In this document: piece by piece, positions 44,634 to 59,682 of the stretch
Layout: each line of letters begins with the position of its first letter
Numbering within the stretch: position 1 is the first letter of the stretch
Assembly: GCA_965112155.1 (NCBI GenBank)
Contig: OZ218103.1
Reading direction: 5' to 3' (one strand)
Source of the DNA: Podarcis liolepis
Taxonomy: Eukaryota
DNA: 64,000 nt
Translations under genes and position numbers: made by a program
The notes under the pieces: model-generated
The model's database searches: none
What the model saw: only the letters and a program-made list of their open reading frames with translations
What the model was told of the DNA's origin: nothing

Positions 44634-46969
44634 CTTTCAAAAACACAAAAGAGTTAGGAAAGCATATCTACTCTTCCAAGTATCACATAATGCAGGGGTC
44701 CCTAGCCTTCTGGGGTTTGAAAGCACATTTGGAAATCTGAAGCAGGCAACACAATGCACCCATTTCACAGAAGGAATAGGCAGTGCCGAGACCACCCTCT
44801 CCTAAATAAAACAGATACAGATAAAAGCAGGCAACCTCCTCACCAAAACAAGCAAAATGCCCTCCAACCAACAAAAAACACGCAAACTACCTCCCTCAAA
44901 ACAAGCAAGCAGGCAACCTTCACGAAACCAAAACAAGCAAAAAAGTGGGTGGGCAAGAAGCATTCTGGTAAAAAGGAGACAAGATGAAGGTGTGGCTGGA
45001 TGCATGCCCTTTTATTTCTACCCGTGGAAAGTGGGGGGGGGGGGGGAGCCAAATGCTCTTTAAAGAGTATTGGGAGGGGCAGTGGGTCTTAGCAGGTGCC
45101 AAGTGAAGTGTCTCAAGATGCTATGGAGATCATGGGCAGTACATCGTAGACCCCAGGCACTGTGAATTAGCACCGCATAGCTGGCAATTTAGAACTACTC
45201 AGCAATTATTTTGCTGATCTGAATGGCACAAGCGTCACCAGGAAGGCGCACTATGGTAAATGTATGCCGAACCAAATTAAGCCTCCAAGATGCTGCTGGT
45301 AGAGCTAATTCTTGCCTGAGTTCTTTAAAGTCTGAGAGAGTGAATTTCATCTAAGAAAGAAAGTAATTTTGCTTAAGAACTCCACTATATTGCTTAGAAA
45401 CAGATGCATCTTAAACCAGGCTAGTATCAAACTTATCTTGGCTATATTGTGAAACTGTTCTGTGCCTGTTACCCTAAGTATGTCAGTATTCTGATGCTTT
45501 GTGCTTATCACTCTTTGGTGCTAGACTGGCCTGAAGTCAAATCAAGCTGGGCAACAAGGCCTTTGAAACAAAGAACACTGCAAATGGTCCTTGAGGAAGA
45601 CAGGTGGTAGGGTCCTACCTGGCTTACAAAAATTTACATTTCAGCTTTTGACAGAAGAATGCACAAGCTCAATTCATTTGTACTGGGTGGGGTTCAAAAC
45701 TAGGTGGAACCATGTGGGGAGCTACTTGCACGAATTACTTTCTATATGAAGCCGTCTCTGCAAAACTCTCAAGTCAAGCAACCACTCTCACAGCTTCTTG
45801 AACACATGAATGGGAATTATGGTTGTCTATAGAAAACAACCACTATTATAAAACAGGTGAGCTTCTGGGGTGGAATTCGAAAGTTTTCAGCATCAGGTTA
45901 TGCAAAGCAAGAACGGTGAACGGAAATCAAACCATTTCCTAAGTATTAGTCACTCAGCTTTGAAGAGGCAATGCCAATTAGGAAGCCGACAGCAGCAAGC
46001 ATGCAGGTAACGGACTCAGAACAACCTTGCCCTTTACCTGTGGTAGATGTCTGCCACCATTCTCATTGGCTGGGCTGCTCTCGGATCCGTTACTGCTTCC
46101 TGATTGATCCTTCTCATTCAGCAACGCTGTGGCATATGCCAGCGTGTCCTAAAGGAAAACCATAGGACTTCAGAGCCAAGTAAATACTTTTTACACAATG
46201 TTGCTGCTTACTAGGAAAAAGAAATGCTGTGCTTGCAAACAGGCATAAATTGGCACTGGTTCAAATATGGCAAACTGGTTTTTGTTTTTTTTTAAAAAAG
46301 AGCATGGTAGTGATACCATATCAGAGACTTAACAAAAATCCCTTGCTATACTGCAGGGCAGGGGCTCCTTTTTCTTAGCCCATGGGCCATATTCCCTTCT
46401 GTGCAACCTTGGAAGATCACATGGTAGTGGAGGGCGGAGCCAGAAGCAAAAGGGGGAGGAGCAACAAACAGCTTTCACCTTTGCATAGTAGGCTAGTTCA
46501 CACACAGTCTTCACCTTCTGTTCAGGGACGCTAACGGACCAAAAGCACTCCAAATGCAAAGGCAGAACAAATGAGGAGTGTGGCCTGGGGAGAGCGCCGA
46601 GGGCGAGATGCAGAGAGAGCAGGAGAGCTGGATTTGGCTCCTGGCCCCCCAGCCCAGCTGTATGAGGTTTATTTTTTAAAAGAGCAAACTGGAAAGTTAT
46701 GGCACTTCAGTCCTGTTTCAATGTTTAAAGCAATGGGCAACTTGAAATTATTTAAAAATCAGTCATGCTAATGAATTTCAAGCCTATGAAGACTGGTAAT
46801 GTATGCATACACGCATGTAGCTTGCAGCATTTGTGCACCAAGTTTGCTGTGCCTTTCATAAATAAAACTTGGCAATCATCGGCCAGTATTACATAGTAAT
46901 TAGACAGGAGAGTACTGCACACGACAGCAAAAATGCTAGACAGCATTACCATTTTCATTATATTTGTAT

Positions 46970-47011
<42 letters not shown>

Positions 47012-50000
47012 TAACTATAGCCCACAGAGATTCTGTGTAAAGAGTGTCAAATTTAGGCTGACCTGTGCAGAAATAGTGCGCTGAAAGGTTTTGGCGGTTG
47101 AGGTTTCATTGGATACATTACTCTGTGGAGCCCAGTAGTGTTCAGACATCTAGAGAAATATGAAAGCATCCATTAATGGAAACTGTGGAACAGTACTATA
47201 GCCACATGAATAAACTTTTGTAACGAAAGGGTTTAAATTACCTTTATTTGAAGCCACTGTACAGCCCAACTCCAATGATGGGAATTCTCCTTGAAATAAT
47301 CTTTAGCAGCAGAGCACCTTTGAAATCCAAAGCAAATTATTAAAACTATTTATCTGAAGGTAATTTAGGATCACACTCCCTTTTCATACTTTATGAACTG
47401 TCTGGCTGTGCAATTCACTGCCTTTGCTTGTGTGCTGCAATACAGAGCAGGCTGGAGTCCAGTGTTTCAGAACGTCTCCAAAGTACAAATTCTTCCAGTT
47501 TACAAAACCTTTCCTTCCTTGTCACACGGGGCAATTCTTTCTTGTCACAGTCAGTCAGCTGAGCGGCTATGATACATTGCAGTGATGGGACGATTTTACA
47601 AATGACAGAACATCACTATTTTTCAAACAGCACAGGCCTCATATTTGCTGTTCTGTACAGTGTTTTCTTTGAGCCTGCTACCATTACAATGCAACTGAAT
47701 GCACAGCACTGAACGTTCTTTAGGTATCCATACAACTAGTCTTTCCTGGATTACCGGTTCACAAGAAGCAGACCCCTTATCTAGGTTATAAATGGATCCT
47801 ACACATTTTATTTGGGCCTGAAAAAGGATAAAAGAGAACTGGCAAAGGCTTGCTGAAGACACAGCTGCTTCTTATAATCATGTGACTTAATACAAACAGA
47901 ACACACCGACTTCCGTTTCACTGAGTGTTATACTTACTTCTGAGCAAGAGTGACCAAGAATTTGACACACTGATAACAGCGACTGCTGTCCACATGGTTA
48001 TTACTGTGGTGCATCAGTGCTGTTGAAGGAAAAGAAAGGAGATTAATCAGTATTAAAGACTTCAGGAGTGGGCCCTGCCATAAAGCAGGGAGATTTGGTT
48101 CTACATCCTAGTTTGGGCTTCATGTCAGACCACTAACCAGAGTGTAGAATCTAAACCATGGTTGTAGTTTCAAAACGTTCCACAGACAAACCATCATTTC
48201 AAGAAGTTTTTCATAAATATTTCTCACTTTCATTGAGCAGCACCAGCTTCTGCAGACAGTAGCTGTAACTACGGTTCGCTAACTTAGACAAAAACATAGT
48301 TTGGTGCAACGTATGAATTTAGCCTATGATTCATGACTTACTTAACAACAACAACAAAATGTTAAGACCCCCTTTCTAGTTCAAACATGCAATGAGCTGA
48401 ATGATTACAACCTAGGTTATAATAGAGCACTTAAAGATGATGAAATTTGGTTATCAACATACCCCCCCCCCGTTACCTACAGGATTTCTGTTCTTTTGAT
48501 GCCACCGGCCTCTGACGTAGTAGTCAAAATGATAAAAAGCGCTTCAGTTTCTATATGAACCAAGTCTTCACAATAAAAAAATAGCTCCTTTTGAATTCAC
48601 ACATCATAAATTTGTTTCTAATTCTTCACTTGAATATATTCAAGGACAGAGATTGTGGGCAGTATCCGTTAGCTGTGGAAGTGTAAGGCTGCTTACGCAA
48701 ATTACCTCCTCCACCCGCCCCCCCCCCGGGCTTCTGTACAAAATGAAAACCCTGTCCAGACGTTGTTGTTTTTTTGGTGGGGCTGAACTGTTGTCACTGG
48801 AAGGGGGAAATTCACCTCTCCTGCATTGCCACTCTGTATCACACAGCCCCATCACCCCCTAGAGAGTTTTCAGGTGGAAAGAAGAGGAAGGTTGCTTGTG
48901 CAACCTGCCTTTCACTTGTGCGACCACTGGATTTAAGCCATTGATTTTCTTACTGCCAATTTTTTGTTTTGGAAGTTTCCCACAATTTCAAAGTGATTTG
49001 CCAGGAAGATGAGAAAAAACAAATCCTCTTTGCATGCATGGAAGAACCTACAAGGTTCTTTGGATTCATTAACACCTCACAGCAGGTTTACTCACCTAGC
49101 AATCCATTTTCAGTCTCAAATGCAAACTTGACCCGCTCTATTTGCAAAGGATCTTCAATAATCTGCGAAAAGGAACAGAACAATTAGTTTATACAGACAC
49201 TTGGAATCTATCGTATAGTTATACATTTCTTGGTTGTACCCAATGAAGTCTTTCCACTAGTACAAAGGACTTCTGCCTGCACAATAGCGCTTTCTCTTGA
49301 TTCTACCTTGGCTAGATTATATCCATTGTTATGTTAGCAAGATAACTAATATTATGACACTGCAAAAACCAGATAAGGGAAAATCCCTGGTTGTATAAAT
49401 TGGTTGTATAAATTAGTTTCGTTTTTGGCATCTATACTCCAGTGCTTATCGACTGAGTGAACAGCGTAACACAAACAAGCAAAAAAAAACCCCTGTTTGT
49501 TATTAAAGTGTGTTCAGTTACCAATATCTCATGAAGAAGCTGGAAGGTGTTCTTCAGTTCATGGGGTGGAGCAGTCTCCAGCTGATTCTGTAAGTTGAAG
49601 ACGCAGATTTAAGCACGCACATGAATATCAGATTTAGGATAATCATTCATATATGATTTTGCATTTTTAAAAACCCCTAAATTATAACAAGGTGGGGGCT
49701 AGATATCTGCACTTTTATCAGAAGCCTGTGTCATCAGAGAAATACATTTAAACATTTTTTCCCCCAATTTGTTCTGGGGAAGAATTCTTTATTTGTGATT
49801 TTTTTTCTGAAGAGCATTGGTTCAAAGGCTAGGGTGCTGGAGGACAGGCAGCAGGAACCAAACATAAAATAGGAAAATTAGAGAAGTGAGAGGTGTACAA
49901 ACTTTGGGCTAAAACATATACAGATCTCCTGCTTCCTGGAAACTAAGCAATTTTTGTTTGTTTTGCTATTTCAAATATAAATGTTTTGCTCTCGTAAAAG

Positions 50001-53000
50001 CAAGCAAGTTACGTTTATAAATATGAAATATGCTGCACTATGATCTAGGAGACCAGGGTTCAAATCCCCACTTGGCAATGAAGCTCACTTGGGCCAGTCG
50101 CAGTCTCTTAGCTTAACCTACTTCACAGGGTTGTTGTGGGGATTGAGGAAGGGAAGAAGCATGCATGCCACCTTCAGCTCCTTCGCAAAAAGGGTGGGAT
50201 AGAAATGCAATTACTATGCATGCATGGAGTGCATGGATGAATGGAGGAATATGCCAGAAGCTCTGGCTATTTGTACCTTTTTGCAGAGCCTTTTCATGTG
50301 CTACAATAGCTAATGTGTACGGTGAAGTGCAAATAAGCTCTTTCATTCTGAAGAATTGGCATCTGCCAATATGGAGATTATGCAACAGGCAATTCGATTC
50401 TGTACTGCACAGAGCTGCTACGTACACAGACATGTGTGTGCGCGCACACACACACACGCCTCAGGCACCAACGTAGAACAGGCCATGTTTTGAAAGTGTA
50501 CCCTGACTGGTTTCTCCTTACCTTGATGAAATGGAGAATGGTAAAGGAAAAGTGCTCATTACAAAAGCAGCAGTACACCACCATCTCAATGAGGACCAGC
50601 AGCGACCCAGTTAGCTCCCTTAATGCGTACATCACCTAATGAAACACAAAAAGTCAGATTAGGCAGCCGTTCTTTCTTAAAATAAAAATAAAAATCCAGC
50701 TTTGGGAAGCTCGTAGATTTGCTCTTTTTAAATGTTCTTCACATTTAAGACCCAACCCAAGCCTCATAATTTAGAGGCCTAAAACAGTAGCTTACCTCCA
50801 TTAAATAAGGCTTCCCCTCAGGCAGGAACAGTAAAGCTTCTACTTCTTCATGGAGGGCCAGGAGCGGTCCAGAGGTGGTAATGCTAAGGGGTGAATGCAG
50901 AACACACAGACCAGGAGCTGAAAAATAAACGAAATGAAATGAAATATGGAGGCAGGAAACATGCAGAGGGACGAGTGGTGGAGAGGATAGCAAAAACTTT
51001 GATCCACGTGATTTTGGGCCTTCCTGAACAAATACGAGGAGACATCCCCCACCTGCCTGCATCCTGAGAAAATAGTTGAACCACTACTCCTTTTGAGTAG
51101 CAACTTTATATGCAGAGAGTAAATAGCAGGGGTTTGCACTGGTTCTGTGTACTGCAAATTACAAGGTGAATCAGGGTGATTTGGGGAAGATTCCCACATC
51201 AGACTGTGATACTAGCATGGTGCCTCCAGATGGACTGGGGACTCCCTAAGCCTCCAGGTGGCTCTGTGCCCTTGAGTCCCACCCCTAGCCTCCCAGAAAC
51301 TAAGTCAAGCTGACTGGGGGAAACTCCCAAAACTCGGAAGGGTGGAAAGGTGGTGGAATCTGAGAAACAGGTCTAGCTTTGAAACACTGATTTCTTTTCC
51401 CAGAGCACTCCAATCAGATATTTAGAGGAGGGGTTGAAAGCTATTTCTTTACATGTTCCATTCTTTACAGTGAATGGAAAGATTTCCATTGTATGCCTCA
51501 AAGTAAGTGGGAAAGGGGCTGAAGACCAGCCCTTTGACCCTTATGGTAACAGGTCCTTGCTGGGAGAAAACCCCTTTCTCCTTGGGAGAAGAGAATTTGC
51601 CTCCAAATGTCTGTGGGAGGCAGAAGCTCAACCCCCTAACTACAACCATTTGGGCACAAGGGTCTTTGCTAGGGGCGACATTCCCCACACTCGATATTTC
51701 CTGAGAATCTAGCACTTTTTTCTTCGCCCGCAATTCCTAGTGTGCCCACCCTAAAATGGTCAAGTCTGTCCTTGTGGGAGAAGCGCTGTGAAGCTTCATT
51801 CCCTCACAGAAAGGGTGACTGTGCATACAAATTTCACCCAATTCTGGAAGAAAATGAAAAAAAGTATAACTCGTCCTTTGATGGGAAAAGAATCTAACCT
51901 TTAGGTGTCCCCTGGATATAAATGCCTAGTTTGCAGCCTTAATCCATTCTGGAGGGTCCTCCAAGCAAGGACCCACTGGCATATTTAACCCACTTCTGTG
52001 AAAAGGGAAGAAAGTTACAGCTGTTTTTGGATTCTCCATTATCATGAAGGGGTTGAGAAAACAGAGCTTAATTTTTAACAGATCTAAATTGGCTCTGCTC
52101 TGAATAATAATGGGTTGAATTGGAAAGACTGGCTCCAAACAGATCAGGCTGCTTCCCAAAGCTTCAGATTAAAAGTTGAATATGGTGGCTGGTGTACACT
52201 CCTTCCAAATAGTCACTGAAAACCAGGAGTTGCTCTTGGTGGGTAAACTGAGGAAGTTTAATCTCTTTACTGAAGATCTGCCAAGCTGCATTATTAACAG
52301 CGGCCATTTAGTTTTGTCAAATAAAATACTTACCCACATTCCTTTGTGATGAGACATCAGAGTGCAAAACAAGCAGCGCCACGGTATTATGGAGGAACCC
52401 AAACTCTCGAGCTTGTGCTGAACTCCATCTGCGATTCTGTTTTTGTTAGGCAATATTAAAAAAAGAGAGTAGAAGATTATTTTGCAAGCCCTGCTTAAAC
52501 ATCATTGCCTGCACATACTTTTCAGTTTTGTGTCTTTTCTTTTCTTTTCTTTAAGGGAAGAGCATTTCTAAAACCAATCATATGCTTGCTTTAAGTAAGC
52601 AGCAACTGTGTTCATCTACTAGTAGCAAAGTGTAGAGTGCTATATGGAAAGCTCATTTTGAGTTTCCAAGGTAGACTCAGTTTTATGGTACAGCAGAACC
52701 TAGGCATATCGCACCATGAATCGGGTTATGTTGCAAGTAGGCACCCGTTTCTGTTTGATTAATGCAAAAAGCCTTCTATCAGCAACTTGTCCCAACAATG
52801 GGCAGGGTGTTCCAAGAGGGAGAAGCAATGCATGCGGCAAGTTCAGAACGGGGCTGAGTTGTGCTGAATCACCTACAGGCTTGAGGCAGTCAGTACCAGC
52901 AGCTGCCAAGGCAGGCCAGACACATGGCTCTGCCTCCCTCCTGCCTCAAATGCTGCTGGCAGCGCAGAGCTGGGCCCAAGGGAAGCAGCTGCAGGGAGTC

Positions 53001-56000
53001 TGGCTGTTTTCTTGCACATACGATTGCAGGGGGAAGAGGAGCACACAGCTTAAATTTCCTTGGCTGCTTCTGTTGGGCTCTCAGGTAGAGGAGCAGCGGT
53101 GGCAGTCGGAAGACAGAGTTCACAATGGTTTTAATCCCAATGGGTAGTTTCTGTAACTGAGTATATGAACTTGAAGGCAACACAAATATTCTACCTAGAC
53201 TACTGGATGATATTAAGCACCTCATTACCTGGTTATTCTGACGGCTAGGACCAAGGAGAAAGTTGATCATATGCCTCAAGGCAGAATGCCTGAGAAGGAG
53301 ATCACAAGCTCTTATACCCTGCTGTGAAAGGACAAACAGAACATAGGGTCACATCTGTTTCCATATGCAGAGCATGCCTGCACATTTTAGATTATGGTTC
53401 CTTATTATGCTTCGTACTTTCCAAAAGCACATATGATTAAATTATATACTACTGACTGGCAGGGTTTTGAATGGCTCCACAGCACCAGATTCCCTGTGAT
53501 TTGCAGATATTTTTTCTTTCAGGTTTGCTTGCTTACCAGTTTAACAATAGGATGCCCTGAACACAAAGGAAGTCCTGACAGCTGGAAACACATGCCCTAA
53601 AGACTGCAGCAGACCATTGGAAAGCACCTGGGGAAAGGCATGCTCTCCAGTCAATAGGGCTTGATTTGAGCACATGTAACAAGTTTAAACTCTAAATGGC
53701 TATATAAGAAATCTTGAAAAACAATCTACCTTTATGTGATAATGGTAATGTTTACCCATAACATAAATTTGTCCTAGGACATAGGGCAAATAAAGAGAGA
53801 AGTGGAAGAGTGAGTATTTGGTTTACCTTTTGTACAAAATTGTTGAACAAGAAGAAGTACTGGGCACAGTTTTTGCAGTTCTCAGGGACGTCCTTGTCCA
53901 GCAGACCAAGCAGCACATCCACTAACTGATGCAGACTTTTCAACTGTTGTAAAATAAAGATGGGAAGATCTTGTATTATCAGGAAGGCGGATTTAATTAA
54001 GGCACATTTAATAATAAGCACAAAAGGACCTACTGCCTATGGATTTATTAGGCTTGCTTAAGACAAATGCCAGGCAGCTTGGTTCAGCTGGCCATTGGGC
54101 ACTGCTTCCTTAACACCCCCCTGAACAATTCTATTACATATCCGCCTGGCCTTTGCCTTGGAGCCAATTTGATTCCCTCCCTCCCTCCCTTTCTTTCTTT
54201 TTTCCTTTCCTTCTCCTCCTGCGATGAGGCTACATTTTAATATTTTAATGTTTCCATATTTTAATGTTGTATTTTAATGTTGTTTTTAAGTTGTAATCAT
54301 TCAATTTGTTTTTATTATTGCTTGTAAGCCGCTCTGAGCCCAGCCTTGGCTTGGGAGGGCGGGGTATAAATAAAAATTATTAATTATTATTATTATTATT
54401 ATACATTTCAAGACTCACACATATCCTTAGAACAAAATAACTTCATTTAAGAAGGGCATCAGCGTATACACTCTTAGAATAGAAGGACTATAGCACTTTC
54501 AAGTCTGACCACTGAGCCAGCAAATTTAAGTAAAAACACTCAAGCTTAAAAAGCTCGGTATGGAGCACAGCAACGACGACTTTGGTCCGTGTGTATGCAA
54601 GGAGCTAGGCAGGACATTTAAGCCTCTTCCTCTGACCACCAACCACCTCCTGAGATTTTACCAAACGTCGACCATACATTCTCAAATGAATCGCTGCAGT
54701 TGTAAGAACAGAAACTTATTTTTTCAAGTAGGAGTTTCTCACAACACTTAATACCACACTTAGACAAAACCATCACAGAACCATAGGATTTGCAAAGGTC
54801 TGAAACTAGTTACAAGATTCTGGCAGTGAACAGACTAAAGAAATAAGATAGAATAGCAAGGGCGGCAGAGGGGTGGGGAACAATTAACATATATCATTAA
54901 TGAAGCGGCAGCATACAATTTTCTGAAGTGCAATGAAATGTTTCGCATACCAGCAGTTACATATTACTGACCTTTTCCTGATAAAACAAGGCACTGTCTA
55001 AGGTTTTTTCAAGAATGGTGGCTACAGCAACTCGCACCTCTCTCACACTGCATTCCAGTAGAAAAGTCCTGAAAAATGCACACATGCAATAAAAATGAAG
55101 ATGCGCGCGATAGAATCCATCTCTCTCATGTGCTAGGAGAAATCTGCAATCCCTGCCTTTTACTCAAGTGTGAAATCCAATATTTACACTTCTTTGAGAG
55201 TAGAAAGACTGGATACGGTCACTTAATAGCCAAACTGAAGGTGCCTCATAGAATGTAAATGATATCTATGTGCATCTGACAGGAATTCTTCAAATCAGCA
55301 GGACTTAATACCATAACAAAATAGACAGATTAAAAGGAAGCAGTAATTGACTGCCTAAAGCAATGTAGATAGGCTTTCCACTGAAAGTCGTTCAGTGTGA
55401 CAGAGCTTGTCGTTTGGAGCAGACACATGCCTACACACACACACTGACTCACTGTGCACTTAATGGATCAAGCAATTTTTATATTCATGTCATAAATTAT
55501 ATTTCCTGCCAGAAAATATATCTAAAAGGCTATCTGCCTCTCCACAAGTAGATCATTCTCTCATATGGCTTATTCATCCAAGCATACAAATTTTTGGGTA
55601 CATGCCTCTAATGAAGATAAGTGAGTAGTATATAATAGTTAGACTTGTGTACTTATATTGATACTTACTTTATGAGCTCTCGCCCTTCTGCCTCAACTAA
55701 ATATTCAACCAACCATTGACAAGCTTCAAAACTTTTAGAAACCAAAGCATCAATGGTTGCAATCCATTCTTCTATGTCAACCCTTAAAAAACACCAAAAA
55801 ACAATCACAGTAAGGTCAGCAAGACTTCAATATGTGAAATATAAGTTTTCTCTCTTTTAAAAAGCTTTTAAAAGTGTTACCTGAGTTTTTTCTTGGTTCG
55901 CAGACACGTCTGGAAGAGGAACTGGACTGCTAGTTGTAAACTTACTCTTGCCATAGATGGATAATGGGGGTGCTTTAACTTTGTCTAAGAAAAAGAAAGT

Positions 56001-59000
56001 GCATCACATAACACCACAAGTACTGGCCTTTCTGATAAGATTCTTAAACACAGTTTTCAGACTGGAACTGAGACGGTGCCAAAATAGTTTTAGGATGGCA
56101 CAAGAAGGTAAAGAGAATTATCTGAGGTTTCAGAAAAACACTTTGTCAAATGTGTGGTGACTGGTGACTTCCACTCTTCTGCTAAGCTCCTTGGTGTTTA
56201 AAGAAAGGGGGAAAACAGCTTCTGTCCCTTCGATTATACTATGGGAGCTGCAATCCAGCACAAACTTTTTCTCATTTTTTGGACCTTCCTCTTTAGCTCA
56301 AACCAAACTATGAGTGTGTGCAGTGGGCTCAATATTTGCCTTGTAACTGTATGTGTTTTAAAATTCTGATCCATTTTCAAATTGCTTCCTGCTATTTGAT
56401 TTGGTTTTGTGTAAACAAAATTCTGAGGTTCCCATTCACTATAATGGAGAATTGAAAAATGGTGTAACTGCCCCCTCCCTTTGACCAAAGTGGATGAAAT
56501 TTACAAGGACGAGGGAAGCAGGTATTTGTCTCTTGTCTTTTCTCTTCATACAATAATTAAAGGTGTGTGTATTAAATGCTTCATACCAGCCTTTTCATTC
56601 GAGTGGTTGTGTCCTCTGATGGGTTTTACAGGCCTACGATAAGCCATACAGCCTTAGAGTGTCTAAAATGTTGGCCGCAGAGTTTTGGTGTTTCAGTTTT
56701 CTTTGTTAAAGCAGAGCAACACAGGAGCTAATATATATGTGTGTGAGTAGCTTCTAACTTCTTAAAAAGTCCTACACCGCTGTGCTTTGACAAAAAACAC
56801 AATCTAGAGCCCTTCAACCACATTTTGGACAACCTTCTTGCAAAGAGATGTAGGAAAAAATATATATATGAGGGGAAAAGTACAGAAACAATAGGACAGA
56901 ACAACATAAAGATTTGTGGGATCCTTCATCCAACTTGGTGGAGGACAGCCCCACAAATCACCCTGTATTTTGGCCCACACACAGGCAGTGAACACCCTAA
57001 AAGATATAATCAGAGACTGAACATATGTTTTACTGCAGTTAAGTAATCGAAGAGGCCATAGTATGCTATATCAACAATGCATTCATTTTTTAAAAAGAAG
57101 TTTGCTGCTGGATAGTCTTAATTTCTCCCCCTCTTCCCAATGAAGACAGTTTATCTTGTTCTGGCTCCACTGAGCCTCAGCAATTCACTTCACTTAGTAT
57201 CTGAAAGATAAAATTCATCACTCACAGCATTTAATGAAGCTAACGATAAAACAAAGCTAAAATAGTCACTGCTGTAGACATCTCTGTTCTTCATAAACTT
57301 CAGGTTTTCATCTCTCACCATCTGAAATGACAACACATGTCTGGTTTTAGAAATAAAAGTCAAGGATATGTTTAGAATTTCTAAATCTTTCTTACAGAAA
57401 ATATGACATTTTGTAAACAAAAGCATCATTAAAAGCAGGATGTTAGAAGCAATGTATATCTCATACTGTATGTTTGAAATGGCATGATTTGGGCTGAATT
57501 AGCTGTAATTATCACCAAGCTAATCAAGTCATACTGGAAAGGCTCACTGAAAACATCAGGCTCAGTGTGCTGCAGCAGTGAGATTAATAGCAAATTCTAT
57601 GTGAAGAATTACCAGAACTCACATTTATTACAGTGCCATAAAACAGTAACTAAACTTTCACATGATTTTTTATCATGGCTTCAGCTGAGATTCCTGCATT
57701 GCAGGGGGTGGACTAGATGACCCTTGGGGTCCCTTTCCAACCCTACAATTCTATTATTCTATGTTATAGTGCTAGCAAAGATACACAAAGGGGCAGCTAC
57801 AATTGAGTTGTCCACTGAAAATGACAGACATATAGGCTCACAAGAGAGAACTATTTCTTCACAAAATGTGATTAATTTATCGATTATCGATTCTTACAAC
57901 ATGAGGAAATGGTCTTCAATTGAATAGCTTTAAAATGAAGCGTCACCTCTAAATCTACGAGATTAAATTTTGATTTTTGTTTTGCTCCAGAACAATTCAG
58001 AGAGTAAAAGATATACCTATATCCATTACACCTAGAATTTTATCTATTGAGCTTGTGAATACCTGACATTTTTATAATGTTATCTAGCTGCCATTAACAC
58101 TGTTTACCTGATATATCCGAACTGGCATTTTCTCTACAAATAAGCCTTTTTTCTCCCCTTTCTTGACCAGTTTGGTCAAGATGGACAAGCGGTCACTACT
58201 GGGTCTATGGGGCCGTGGTGATGATTGCGGTGAAACATCTGGTGAAGATGGAGCAGACCTGGGAAATAAAACGCATGTAAGCTCAATGCTGAAAATATAT
58301 TCTTCCATTTGCTTGACAAAGTGCAAAGCCAAAGTTCTAAGTATGTTGTGCATCTAGCAATGCACATTTGATCATAACTTTATGTTCTGCGCGTGGAAGG
58401 CCTGAACTCATTATATGGCTGATTGTGGCTACAATCCTGCATCCTTTGCTAGGGCAGCAGGCTGTGGAACAGTGTTTTCTAAGAAGCCAGTGTAGCTTCT
58501 CCTCCTTCATCAGGTCTCCAGGGCTGTTTACTGTTTGGTGCTGAGTACACTGCTCTAAATAGATGCTCCCATGCATTCAACAACCTGCCAAGCCCTCTCT
58601 CTCACAGCTCTGCTTCTGCTACTACTAATACACTGTATCTGTAATACCCAATGATGTTCATAACTGAACCATTTCTTTTTCATAATGAAAATAGGCTTCA
58701 TAGAGTCAGCTGGCCAGCCCCCTGCTAATGGGAAAAAATGAAACAAGGTAAAGAGAAAACCAAAGGTTTCTCTGACTAAATGTTTTTTGGCCATTTTAGC
58801 AGGATTTAATGGTGCAAGTATTCGCCCCCAAATGGTTATATCTTTTTCAAGGTTATATCTTTAAAAAGTTTCAATACTGTAGCTTGTACAGTCCTATTCC
58901 TTCATATAGTACCCACCTCCTAAGTGTCTTGGATGCCCCTAGTCATAAACATACTCACAGAAGCTGTCCTGAGCTTATGCGTAACCAAATTATAGCCTCA

Positions 59001-59082
59001 AGAGTACTCCTCTGAACAGAAGATTATAAATTCTGCAGAGGTCCCTCATGGAAGGAATAAGCTTCTGGTTAAGTAGCTTAAA

Positions 59083-59151
<69 letters not shown>

Positions 59152-59632
59152 GAGGGGAAGCAAGATGTTCTGCTCGTGCAGGGATCAGGTAAACTTACAA
59201 AGACAGGTCCTCAGCTTCCTGACGCACGACGCTAACTCTGCTTTTCTTTGGCAAAACTGGCGAGTTCTGGTCAGAGACTCTCTGGTAGAAGAGCATGTAG
59301 GCATTCCAGTAGCGGCGGCGAACATCAGGATATGGATTTGCTGCGAAGAAGAGATATCCTTATAGTTGACTGACCTGATTCTTGCAGCAGGAATACTGGC
59401 CTAACTACAACTTTCAGGCAGTTGTTAATGGAAATCTACACATTCCAATGGGGAAAGAATAAATTGCTGATTAAGGGGGTCAACAAGCAACATTTTCCAT
59501 GGCATTTTATTTTCCGAAGGCAGGTGGCTCACTTCCGTTTCATGTCAAACATTTTTCTCCCCCCGACCCCCGGGCCAAGAAAAGCAGGTCTGTGCAGGAA
59601 ACAGCATAGCACTGATATGCATGCATGCTTCA

Positions 59633-59682
<50 letters not shown>

